A stretch of DNA of 60,377 nucleotides from an uncultured Pseudomonadales bacterium (GTDB lineage Bacteria > Patescibacteriota > Microgenomatia > UBA1400 > PJMF01). A model generated the notes under the pieces. The model searched no databases. It was not told the DNA's origin and was given only the letters and a program-made list of their open reading frames with translations. Location of the stretch: the NCBI GenBank assembly GCA_964570365.1, contig CAZMXT010000005.1, positions 1 to 60,377 of the forward strand, given 5' to 3'. A program made the position numbers and the translations under genes. Every line of letters starts with the position of its first letter. Positions within the stretch are counted from its first letter, which is position 1. Below are positions 37,019-44,728 of this stretch, in pieces.

Positions 37019-38896
37019 ATGTTTCTTTTACGTAAAGTTTTTGCGCTCTTCATTTTTGCTCTCAGCTTTTGTTTTCTTTTTTCTCAGTCAGTACGCGCAG
37101 ATGAGAACTTTGATTTATCTCTAACTTCAACCTTCACGGTCCAGAACAATGGCGTCACGACTGTAGCTCAAAAATTTACTCTTACTAATAAGACTCCAAC
37201 TCTCTTTGCCAAACAGTATGCTCTAGAGTTTGGCTCGACTCGCCTGAGAAATGTGCGGGTTTCTGATGAAAATGGAACTGTCCCTGCCAATATTACTGCC
37301 ACTGATAGTAAAACCAGTGTTGGCATTACGTTTAATGACATTATTGTTGGAGAAGGGAAGAACCGCACTTTTACTGTCCAGTTTGAAAGTGATGACATTG
37401 CGCTGATCAGCGGAAATGTGCTTGAGGTGTATATTTCCAAAGTCTCTGATATTGATAAGTACACCGATTACCAAGCCATACTACGGGTCCCCTCCCAGTT
37501 TGGCCAACCTGCTCGCGTATCTCCAGCGAACTATGCCATTTCTCAGGAGGGTGGGGCGACAGTTCTCAACTTTAATAACTTAAGAGGTCAAAGCATTTCA
37601 GCATTATTTGGTCAAAAGCAGGTCTTTGACTATAACTTGCGGTATCACTTACAAAACACTACCGGGAACGTCGGAATTGCTCAGGTAGCTTTGCCTCCAG
37701 ATACTAAAAGGCAAAAAGTAGAGTACTTAACTCTTGATCCACGACCACGCGAAATGAGTACTGATGCTGATGGAAACTGGATTGCAACCTACGAGATTGC
37801 GGCTGAAAAGGATCTGACTGTCAATCTGACTGGGAAGGTATCTATTTTTCTTGAGGACCAAGCCGATATATTCATCCCAGCCGCCACAAATGAGCATCTG
37901 AAGCCTCAGAAACACTGGGAAAGTAATAACTCAAAAATTCAAGAACTAGCCAGTACCCACCAAGGTCCTCGAGCTGTTTATGATTACGTGGTTGGACAAT
38001 TAAAGTATAACTATGAAAAAGCAAATGGGGCAGTCGAGAGACTCGGCGCATTGGGCGCACTGGACGATCCTGAAAACTCTGCTTGTCAAGAATTTACTGA
38101 TCTTTTCATTGCTGTAGCCCGAGCTCAAGGCATCCCCGCTCGGCGAGCCACTGGCTTTGCTTATACTGAGAACAGTCGGCTACGACCTCTTGGACTAGTG
38201 GAAGACGTATTGCACTCATGGCCGGAGTATTACGATCGTGAAAACCAGGCTTGGATTCCGATCGATCCCACCTGGGGAAATACCACAGGAGGAATTAATT
38301 ATTTTGACCAGTTTGACTTTAATCACATTGTTTTTGCTACGAATGGCGTCTCTTCGCAGCTTCCATACCCTGCGGGGACATATAAAAAAGCTGCGGAATC
38401 AACGAAAGATGTAGAGATTAGCTTTGGCAAAAGTATCGGAGAATCTCCGCTCGCAGTCACGATGAAAGTAAAACGCCAACCTTTCTGGTCAGCTCCCTTC
38501 CAAAATACGTATTTTCTGGTCGTTACAAATGAAGGAGGGCGCGCTTGGTATAATGTACCTCTTACTTTAAGTGATCCTGCCAGTCTGGGGAGTATTACCT
38601 ATCCAACTAAGATTGATTATCTCTTGCCATTTCAAACCCGAGAGATTCCCTTTGCAGTAGGTGGTAGTTCGAGGTGGCAAAAACAACGCCTTACCTTGAC
38701 AGCATCTCTAGGCAGCTTATTATCTTCTCATGAGCTCACAACCGGTTTCCAAACCATCGAAGTCCTCCGCTCTGCACCCCTCAATCCAGTTGCCTTGGGC
38801 ACAGGTATGGTCATCTTTGCCCTTACTGCCGGGAGTCTATTGGTTTTTAGACGACCAAGACAACGTCCTGTACGTCGGCAAGGCCAAAAACCTTAA
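37019..38896 (+). CDS. secreted, C-terminally anchored transglutaminase-like cysteine protease domain protein
   Basis: Signal-like N-terminus. The transglutaminase core has an intact Cys-His-Asp pattern (ACQEFTDLFIAVARAQGIPARRATGF; HSWPEYY; IPIDPTWG). A C-terminal TM helix is followed by an Arg-rich tail. TAAAAT lies 6 nt upstream of the ATG. Confidence 0.8.
   Translation: MFLLRKVFALFIFALSFCFLFSQSVRADENFDLSLTSTFTVQNNGVTTVAQKFTLTNKTPTLFAKQYALEFGSTRLRNVRVSDENGTVPANITATDSKTSVGITFNDIIVGEGKNRTFTVQFESDDIALISGNVLEVYISKVSDIDKYTDYQAILRVPSQFGQPARVSPANYAISQEGGATVLNFNNLRGQSISALFGQKQVFDYNLRYHLQNTTGNVGIAQVALPPDTKRQKVEYLTLDPRPREMSTDADGNWIATYEIAAEKDLTVNLTGKVSIFLEDQADIFIPAATNEHLKPQKHWESNNSKIQELASTHQGPRAVYDYVVGQLKYNYEKANGAVERLGALGALDDPENSACQEFTDLFIAVARAQGIPARRATGFAYTENSRLRPLGLVEDVLHSWPEYYDRENQAWIPIDPTWGNTTGGINYFDQFDFNHIVFATNGVSSQLPYPAGTYKKAAESTKDVEISFGKSIGESPLAVTMKVKRQPFWSAPFQNTYFLVVTNEGGRAWYNVPLTLSDPASLGSITYPTKIDYLLPFQTREIPFAVGGSSRWQKQRLTLTASLGSLLSSHELTTGFQTIEVLRSAPLNPVALGTGMVIFALTAGSLLVFRRPRQRPVRRQGQKP
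38718..38723 (+). promoter_or_regulatory. -10-like element (TATTAT), 6 nt upstream of the uvrC ATG and embedded in the upstream coding region
   Basis: TATTAT at 38718-38723, a CTTCTC spacer, ATG at 38730. This is the same geometry as the other operon-first genes in the window. Confidence 0.4.
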
Positions 38897-40124
38897 GAAC
38901 CGAATTGCTTCTTATAAACAGTGGAATTCTACCTTTGGCAAAACTCGCCGGATGGTTTTTCAAGCGAAAGTGCTCAAACATGAAGTTCTAGAGAGCGAGT
39001 TGGAAGCATTGTTGGTCGAGGCTGAGCTGATCCGAACTCATCAGCCTCCTTTTAATATTCTCCTCAAAGATGATAAAAGTGATTTATACGTCAACATTAC
39101 TGATGAAAAATTTCCTCGGGTCATAACTATCCGCAAAAAAGAAGCTGAGAAGCTGCGCGTGCAGGGAACCACCTTAGGTCCTTTTCCGAGTGCCTATACG
39201 CTCAAAGAAGTGTTGGGAATTGCGCGACGAATTTTCCCCTTTTGCACCGGACCCCGCACTCCTAACTATGGCACTTCCGCCAACTCTCCTTGCTTCCACT
39301 ACCATCTGGACCAATGTCCTGGGGCGTGTATTGGACTCATCTCAGTGGAGCGATACCGAGAAACCATCTCAGAGCTAGTCCTGTTTCTGAAAGGCAAGAA
39401 ACGAAGCGTGGTCAAGCAAATTGAAGCAGAGATGACCAGCGTCTCAGAAAAGGAAGAGTTCGAGTATGCTGCCAAACTCCGAGACCGAGTTGAGTCAATC
39501 AGGTCTGTAACCGAAAAAAAAGTTCGTCTCAAACCTGATCTCCAAATGCCACGCTTAAAAGAATCTATTCGGGCTGAAGGTATCATTCAGCTCCGCCGAA
39601 TTCTCTGCAAACACATGCAGTTACCGAAAACCTACCCACTGACCCGCATCGAAGGCTACGACGTGAGTAACATTCAAGGTACCAATGCAACCGTCGCTCA
39701 AGTCACCTTTATTAATGGCTCACCAGCCAAGGAACACTATCGGCTCTACAACATTCGGACAGTACAGACCCCTAATGACTACGCCATGCTCCAAGAAGCA
39801 ATTGTGAGGCGCCAGAACCACCTAGAGTGGGGCATTCCTAACCTGCTGGTTATTGATGGGGGGAAGGGACAGCTACGAGCTGCACTGAAAGTCTGGAATT
39901 GGAGCGTTCCAGTAATTTCGTTGGCCAAAAAACCAGATCGCGTAATTATTCCTCTTTTAAAAGTGGAGAAGGACAAAGACCCCCTCGTTGGTCTAGAGTA
40001 TCAGGAAATAAGCTTGCCCGAACAACATCCTGCACTGACACTCTTACAACAAATTCGCGATGAGTCCCATCGTTTCTCGAAAAAACAACATACACGCTTG
40101 CGAACTAAAGCAATGATGGAATAA
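38730..40124 (+). CDS. uvrC: excinuclease ABC subunit C (short form, no C-terminal helix-hairpin-helix domain)
   Basis: GIY-YIG (PGVYWFLDDQDNVLYVGKAKNLKNR), a Cys cluster (CFHYHLDQCPGAC), a UVR domain (FEYAAKLRDRVESI), and the endonuclease domain (EGYDVSNIQG, IDGGKGQL, IRDESHRF). The protein ends shortly after this last motif. A TTG at 38790 is an alternative start. Confidence 0.85.
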   Translation: MSSQPVSKPSKSSALHPSIQLPWAQVWSSLPLLPGVYWFLDDQDNVLYVGKAKNLKNRIASYKQWNSTFGKTRRMVFQAKVLKHEVLESELEALLVEAELIRTHQPPFNILLKDDKSDLYVNITDEKFPRVITIRKKEAEKLRVQGTTLGPFPSAYTLKEVLGIARRIFPFCTGPRTPNYGTSANSPCFHYHLDQCPGACIGLISVERYRETISELVLFLKGKKRSVVKQIEAEMTSVSEKEEFEYAAKLRDRVESIRSVTEKKVRLKPDLQMPRLKESIRAEGIIQLRRILCKHMQLPKTYPLTRIEGYDVSNIQGTNATVAQVTFINGSPAKEHYRLYNIRTVQTPNDYAMLQEAIVRRQNHLEWGIPNLLVIDGGKGQLRAALKVWNWSVPVISLAKKPDRVIIPLLKVEKDKDPLVGLEYQEISLPEQHPALTLLQQIRDESHRFSKKQHTRLRTKAMME

Positions 40125-40131
40125 TGATGAG

Positions 40132-40494
40132 ATGGGAATTATTAAGTCCTTTATAATCACTGGCATTGCTATCTTTGTTCTGGCCCGGTTACTGCCTTCA
40201 GTCAGTTATCTGAACTTGACTACGTTGATTGTGGCAAGTATTGTCCTGACTCTCTTGCAGAAAATTGTCCGCCCAATTCTCAAAGTACTATTACTGCCAA
40301 TCAACATTATCACTTTGGGTCTTTTTTCCTGGATCATTAATGTGATCATTCTCTGGCTGCTGATTGCTCTTGTACCAGGCTTCCACATTGACCCAGTTAA
40401 TTTTTTGGGACTCCAGTTAGGACCCTTTATGAGCTTAGTTTTTGTTTCTCTTGTCCTAGGCTTCATTCAGTCTGCTGTAGATATTGTTATCTAG
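40132..40494 (+). CDS. DUF360 / phage-holin-4_2-like small membrane protein
   Basis: 120 aa with four predicted TM helices. The N-terminus MGIIKSFIITGIAIFVLARLLPSV is typical of the YvlD/DUF360 family. Confidence 0.6.
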   Translation: MGIIKSFIITGIAIFVLARLLPSVSYLNLTTLIVASIVLTLLQKIVRPILKVLLLPINIITLGLFSWIINVIILWLLIALVPGFHIDPVNFLGLQLGPFMSLVFVSLVLGFIQSAVDIVI

Positions 40495-40525
40495 GATCAC
40501 TTCACCGTCTTTGCGTAGACCGAGG

Positions 40526-40531
40526 TATAAT
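40526..40531 (+). promoter_or_regulatory. -10 element (TATAAT), 6 nt upstream of the ATG of the 7TM gene
   Basis: CCGAGG-TATAAT-ATAGTT-ATG (ATG at 40538). No Shine-Dalgarno sequence. Confidence 0.5.
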
Positions 40532-40537
40532 ATAGTT

Positions 40538-41518
40538 ATGAAAAAACTGGTGATTAGCAGCATTTTTTTACTCATCTTCGGCCTTGGTTTGAGCCACACT
40601 TTGTCAATCCAAGCTCAAACCCCCCGCAGGTCTCCTCTGGTCGCTACAGACACTGCTTCCTTGATCGCCTCACCTTCTGCTGATGCTTCGCAGAGCGCTA
40701 CCGCTACCGAGACTGCTGGACTAGCCACGCCTTCTGCTGAGACTCAACAAAGAATTCAGGAACGCACTGATAAAGACATTACTGAAACTACCGGTAAAAG
40801 CCGAGATAAGCTCGTTCAAATTCTCGATGAGAACCCAATCGGTTCCTTTTCTTGGTATAACTTTCTACAGCATGGTATACGTCGAGCGATTGAGCGCGGT
40901 CTACCCGCTAATATCGTGGTCTTAATCCTGCTTTTTCCAGTTATTACCTCAGTCATTTCTTTTTCTCGGCATATCATTGGCTTGAAAGGCTTTGGTGTCT
41001 ATACCCCTGCAGTCTTGTCTGTCGCCTTTGTCTCGACTGGGATTATTAACGGCCTGGCACTCTTTCTGATTATCTTGATCTCAGCCATTGTCACTAAGGC
41101 CGCTATTAAACATCTCAACCTTCAGTATCTACCACGCACTGCCTTGCTTCTCTGGGGAGTTTCGATCTTTGTCCTGGCTATCTTGATTGGAATGGCGTTG
41201 CTCCCTCCAAATATTTTGCCTTCTTTCAGTCTTTTAACAATTAATATTTTTCCACTATTAATTATCATGTTGTTGACTGAGAACTTTATGGAATCTCAGT
41301 TATCTGGAAGTCAGTCAGAGGCGCAGCAATTAACCTTAGAAACCTTAATTATTGCAACCTTGTGCTCGCTGATTATTGGCTCAGCTATTTTCCAACGATA
41401 CGTTATCTTGCAACCTGAGTTAACGCTGATCGCAGTAGCGATTTTAAACATTGCCGTAGGTCGCTATTCCGGCTTACGGTTTATGGAGTGGTTGCGCTTC
41501 CGGTCAGTGATCGAGTAA
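40538..41518 (+). CDS. 7TM membrane protein of the '7TM usually fused to inactive transglutaminase' type
   Basis: Signal peptide, then an Ala/Ser/Thr-rich extracytoplasmic linker, then seven hydrophobic helices. FSRHIIGLKGFGVYTPAVLSVAF and the C-terminal VGRYSGLRFMEWLRF match my recollection of the 7TM_transglut family signature. Confidence 0.6.
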   Translation: MKKLVISSIFLLIFGLGLSHTLSIQAQTPRRSPLVATDTASLIASPSADASQSATATETAGLATPSAETQQRIQERTDKDITETTGKSRDKLVQILDENPIGSFSWYNFLQHGIRRAIERGLPANIVVLILLFPVITSVISFSRHIIGLKGFGVYTPAVLSVAFVSTGIINGLALFLIILISAIVTKAAIKHLNLQYLPRTALLLWGVSIFVLAILIGMALLPPNILPSFSLLTINIFPLLIIMLLTENFMESQLSGSQSEAQQLTLETLIIATLCSLIIGSAIFQRYVILQPELTLIAVAILNIAVGRYSGLRFMEWLRFRSVIE

Positions 41519-41525
41519 ATCACCT

Positions 41526-42812
41526 ATGCCAAAAGCTAGAGATATTTTGGGCATGAATGCTCGCAACCAGTTATATACCTCGCTGAACTCAACCTCAGCC
41601 AAGCGTTTTGGTACCTCCAAGTACGCCACTAAAGTCCTCCTCGAAAATAAACATATTCCCACTGCGAAAGTATTTGGTATTTTTGGCACGCTGGAAGACG
41701 TCAATGATTTTCCTTGGACTGACATGGAAAAGGACTTTGTGGTCAAGCCATCGAATGGCAATGCAGGCAAGGGTATCTTGATTTTCCGCCGTCAGGAGCC
41801 AGATAAGAATCATTGGTTAGATGCGATTGGACGACGAGTCAGTTTGGACGAGATTAAGCTGCATTGCGCTGATATTTTAGATGGGCAGTACAGCACCTAC
41901 GGCTCACTACCCAACGTCATTGTCGAGGAACGGGTCCCAATTCACACCAAGTTTCTCAAGTATGCCCACAAAGGCACACCAGATGTACGGGTGATTGTTT
42001 ATAACCACGTACCGGTGATGGCGATGCTTCGCTTACCCACCCCTCAATCTGAAGGACGAGCCAATTTACATCAAGGAGCAATTGCGGTGGGAATTGATAT
42101 GTTCTCAGGAGTTACTACTTTTGCAATTACTGGTAACGGCAAAACCATCACTACCTTGCCAGAGAGCAAACGGAAACTGAATGGTCTGAAAATTCCTCAC
42201 TGGAAACAGGCCTTAATTATTGCCATTCAGGCGGCTGACGCTGCTGGACTAGTCTTCTGCGGCGTAGATCTTTTTATCCACGAAGAAAAAGGCCCACTCA
42301 TAGTAGAACTCAATGCCAACCCTGGCTTATCTATTCAGTTAGCGAATCAGTCTGGACTACGTCGACGGCTGGAGCGCGTTACTGATTTGAATGTGCTGAA
42401 TCCTGAGCATGGAGTCAAAATTGGTCAAGCTTTATTTGCTGAGACTTTTTCCGACAAGATCAAAGCTGAAGATGGATTACTCATTATTTCTCCTTTTGAA
42501 GAGATCACCTTGTATGGAGAAAATAAACAAAAAAGTACTGATCTGGCACTAATCAATACTGGTCGCTTTCGGAGTGCAATTTCCAGTGACTTAGCGAAAA
42601 AGATTGGCCTGATTGAGCTGAACGATTTTCTGTGGTTCCAGCAAGAAAAAGAAGAAGGTAGAGTCCCGGTCGTGCAGGTTGCGTTTCGCCTACATGACCG
42701 CCGCTGTACCACAGCCATGATCGTAACCAAAAAATTAAATAAAACCAAACATCAAATTGAAATCGGCAGACATGATCTAACTGGCTTTTTGGTTGGAGAA
42801 GAAACAGCATGA
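41526..42812 (+). CDS. alpha-L-glutamate ligase-like ATP-grasp fused to a C-terminal retropepsin-like (RimB/'ATP-dependent zinc protease') domain
   Basis: ATP-grasp motifs: VVKPSNGNAGKGILIF, VIVEERV, DVRVIVYN, NLHQGAIAVGID, CGVDLFIHEEKGPLIVELNANPGLSI. The C-terminal ~115 aa (ISPFEEITLYGENKQKSTDLALINTGRFRSAISSDLAKKIGL...VAFRLHDRR) resembles the RimK-associated aspartic-protease-like domain. Confidence 0.7.
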   Translation: MPKARDILGMNARNQLYTSLNSTSAKRFGTSKYATKVLLENKHIPTAKVFGIFGTLEDVNDFPWTDMEKDFVVKPSNGNAGKGILIFRRQEPDKNHWLDAIGRRVSLDEIKLHCADILDGQYSTYGSLPNVIVEERVPIHTKFLKYAHKGTPDVRVIVYNHVPVMAMLRLPTPQSEGRANLHQGAIAVGIDMFSGVTTFAITGNGKTITTLPESKRKLNGLKIPHWKQALIIAIQAADAAGLVFCGVDLFIHEEKGPLIVELNANPGLSIQLANQSGLRRRLERVTDLNVLNPEHGVKIGQALFAETFSDKIKAEDGLLIISPFEEITLYGENKQKSTDLALINTGRFRSAISSDLAKKIGLIELNDFLWFQQEKEEGRVPVVQVAFRLHDRRCTTAMIVTKKLNKTKHQIEIGRHDLTGFLVGEETA

Positions 42813-43756
42813 GCGTCATCCAAAAACTCACTCCACTAAATCTCAATGACGAGAAGGAAAAGTTTTTTGCTGACTTCACCTATAATCCCCAATTTAGTTA
42901 TGCAGAAGTAGTTACTTCAGCTGAACTGATTCGTTGGGGCGCACCAAAGTCTAAGTTAATCGAATTTTCTCGAGCAGCACTACAGCAACGACCTAGTCTC
43001 AAAATTGTTCGTCACCCTGTAGAAAATAGTTTTATTACTGACCATTGCCGACAAGTCATTGCTGAAATTGGTATCACTGAAGAAATTGAAGTCGTTTTTG
43101 AGAAACAAAAAGTTACCCGCTGCAGTGTCAGTGGTCAAAAAATTTCCTTTAAAGACCCAGCTGAGTTTACAGATCTTCAAGAACTGGAAGGCACCCTAAA
43201 TCACGAACTGCAAACCCATCTTCTGCGAAATCTTAATCAGCAAAAACAAGACTGGAAACTAGATAGAGCTACGTATGATGCGCAGATTTTACGAACAGAG
43301 GAAGGCTTAGCCGTTTTGCACTCCTTACTCCCTTTAAAAGACCAAACTATTTGGCGACCATGTGCCTATTATTTAGCTGTTGCTTTAGCTCAGGAAAATG
43401 GTCTGGCAGACATGTTTGCAGAGCTGGTGCAGTTTGGCTTTGATCATCAGTTTGCGTGGAAGCTGTGCACTCGCACCAAGCGAGGCCAATCAGACACCTC
43501 TCAGCCTGGTGGAAACACCAAAGATTTATGTTACCTAGAAGGGGTAATTCAAATGTGTCGCTGGATTAAAGACCCCGAAAATGATCCTCGACAGCTCTAC
43601 TTCGGCAAGATCTTCATTGAAGAATTAGCGCAGCGATTGAGTACGGTAAAAACTAGCAATGTCTACTTACCTACATTCTTAGAAGATCTAGAATCGTACC
43701 GAAATATCGTGACAAAGATTGGCAACATTAACCACTTGGAGAACGCTTATGAATGA
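42809..43756 (+). CDS. DUF1704 / MATCAP-like zinc carboxypeptidase ('QEGLA motif' family)
   Basis: HExxH in LNHELQTHLLRN, followed by LRTEEGLAVLHSLL (the EEGLA/QEGLA signature). An ATGA start/stop overlap joins it to the upstream ATP-grasp gene. Confidence 0.7.
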   Translation: MSVIQKLTPLNLNDEKEKFFADFTYNPQFSYAEVVTSAELIRWGAPKSKLIEFSRAALQQRPSLKIVRHPVENSFITDHCRQVIAEIGITEEIEVVFEKQKVTRCSVSGQKISFKDPAEFTDLQELEGTLNHELQTHLLRNLNQQKQDWKLDRATYDAQILRTEEGLAVLHSLLPLKDQTIWRPCAYYLAVALAQENGLADMFAELVQFGFDHQFAWKLCTRTKRGQSDTSQPGGNTKDLCYLEGVIQMCRWIKDPENDPRQLYFGKIFIEELAQRLSTVKTSNVYLPTFLEDLESYRNIVTKIGNINHLENAYE

Positions 43757-44723
43757 TGCAAGTATTAGTTCAAAAATTATGATGGAAGAAGCCACCAAGC
43801 GAGGAATTGAGTGTCATATCTTTGATGATAAAAAAACAGTGCTGATGAAAAAAGATGGAGTGAGTTGGTTCACCCGCGGAGCAAGAACTTCACTTCAATC
43901 TTCAATTGGCAAAACTATCGCAGACAAAAAGCAGCTAACCAAAAAGATTCTGTTGTACTACAACTTACCAACTGCAAAGTATGTTCAGGTAAATAAAGTT
44001 GACCAGCTAGATACTGTTGCTGAGCTCAGTTTCCCAGTCGTAATGAAGCCATTGGATGGGAACGGTGGCAGAGGAGTAGTCGTCGGAATTCCAGATTTAG
44101 AATCAGCCAAACAAGCCTACCTAAAAAGTAACGAACCCATGTTGTTTGAAGAGTTACTCACTGGAACTGAGTACCGAATTACCTGTGTGAATTACCGATT
44201 TGTCGCTGCAACATATCGGAAAGCCGCCTTTGTGACTGGCGACGGGACTTCGACTGTCCAGCAATTAATCGATCAGAAAAACTCCCATCCATGGCGAGGT
44301 GAAGGACACGAATCATTTTTGACGAAAATCAAAGTCGATGAACTTGTAATAAGTTACATGCAAGAACAAGGCTTTACGATTGACAGTGTTCCATCAAAAG
44401 ATCTTGAAGTTCATCTCCGCAAAACAGTCAACCTTTCTACTGGCGGCGAGGCTTGGGACATGACAGATGAAGTCTGCGAAGAAAATAAACAACTCTTCAC
44501 TCAAATCGCCAAAGTTTGTGATCTCAACCTGATCGGCATTGATATGATGTGTGAGTCACTCAGTACACCAATAGTTAATCAACCTACTGCTGGCGTGGTA
44601 GAAGTGAATGCTGCCCCAGGACTTCGGATGCACCACTACCCAATTCAAGGGGAGCCACGCAATGTGGCATCAGCAGTACTAGATATGGTTGAAGCTCATT
44701 ACTTTCCAAAGCAAGTTGCTTAA
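43749..44723 (+). CDS. cyanophycin-synthetase G-domain-like ATP-grasp ligase, paralogue 1
   Basis: VVMKPLDGNGGRGVVVG, VTGDGTSTVQQLIDQKNSHPWRG, NLSTGGEAWDMTDEV, VVEVNAAPGLRMHHYP. It overlaps the upstream stop by 8 nt. Confidence 0.8.
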   Translation: MNDASISSKIMMEEATKRGIECHIFDDKKTVLMKKDGVSWFTRGARTSLQSSIGKTIADKKQLTKKILLYYNLPTAKYVQVNKVDQLDTVAELSFPVVMKPLDGNGGRGVVVGIPDLESAKQAYLKSNEPMLFEELLTGTEYRITCVNYRFVAATYRKAAFVTGDGTSTVQQLIDQKNSHPWRGEGHESFLTKIKVDELVISYMQEQGFTIDSVPSKDLEVHLRKTVNLSTGGEAWDMTDEVCEENKQLFTQIAKVCDLNLIGIDMMCESLSTPIVNQPTAGVVEVNAAPGLRMHHYPIQGEPRNVASAVLDMVEAHYFPKQVA

Positions 44724-44728
44724 TAATA

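Noticed and set aside
2036-43748. Extended upstream starts given in the ORF track (2036, 4190, 13416, 22749, 40484, 43719; minus strand 17252, 27207, 25438)
   Set aside because: Internal ATGs match canonical N-termini of the families and/or sit at the recurrent -10 + 6-8 nt geometry, or remove implausible overlaps. The longer versions add non-conserved leader peptides.
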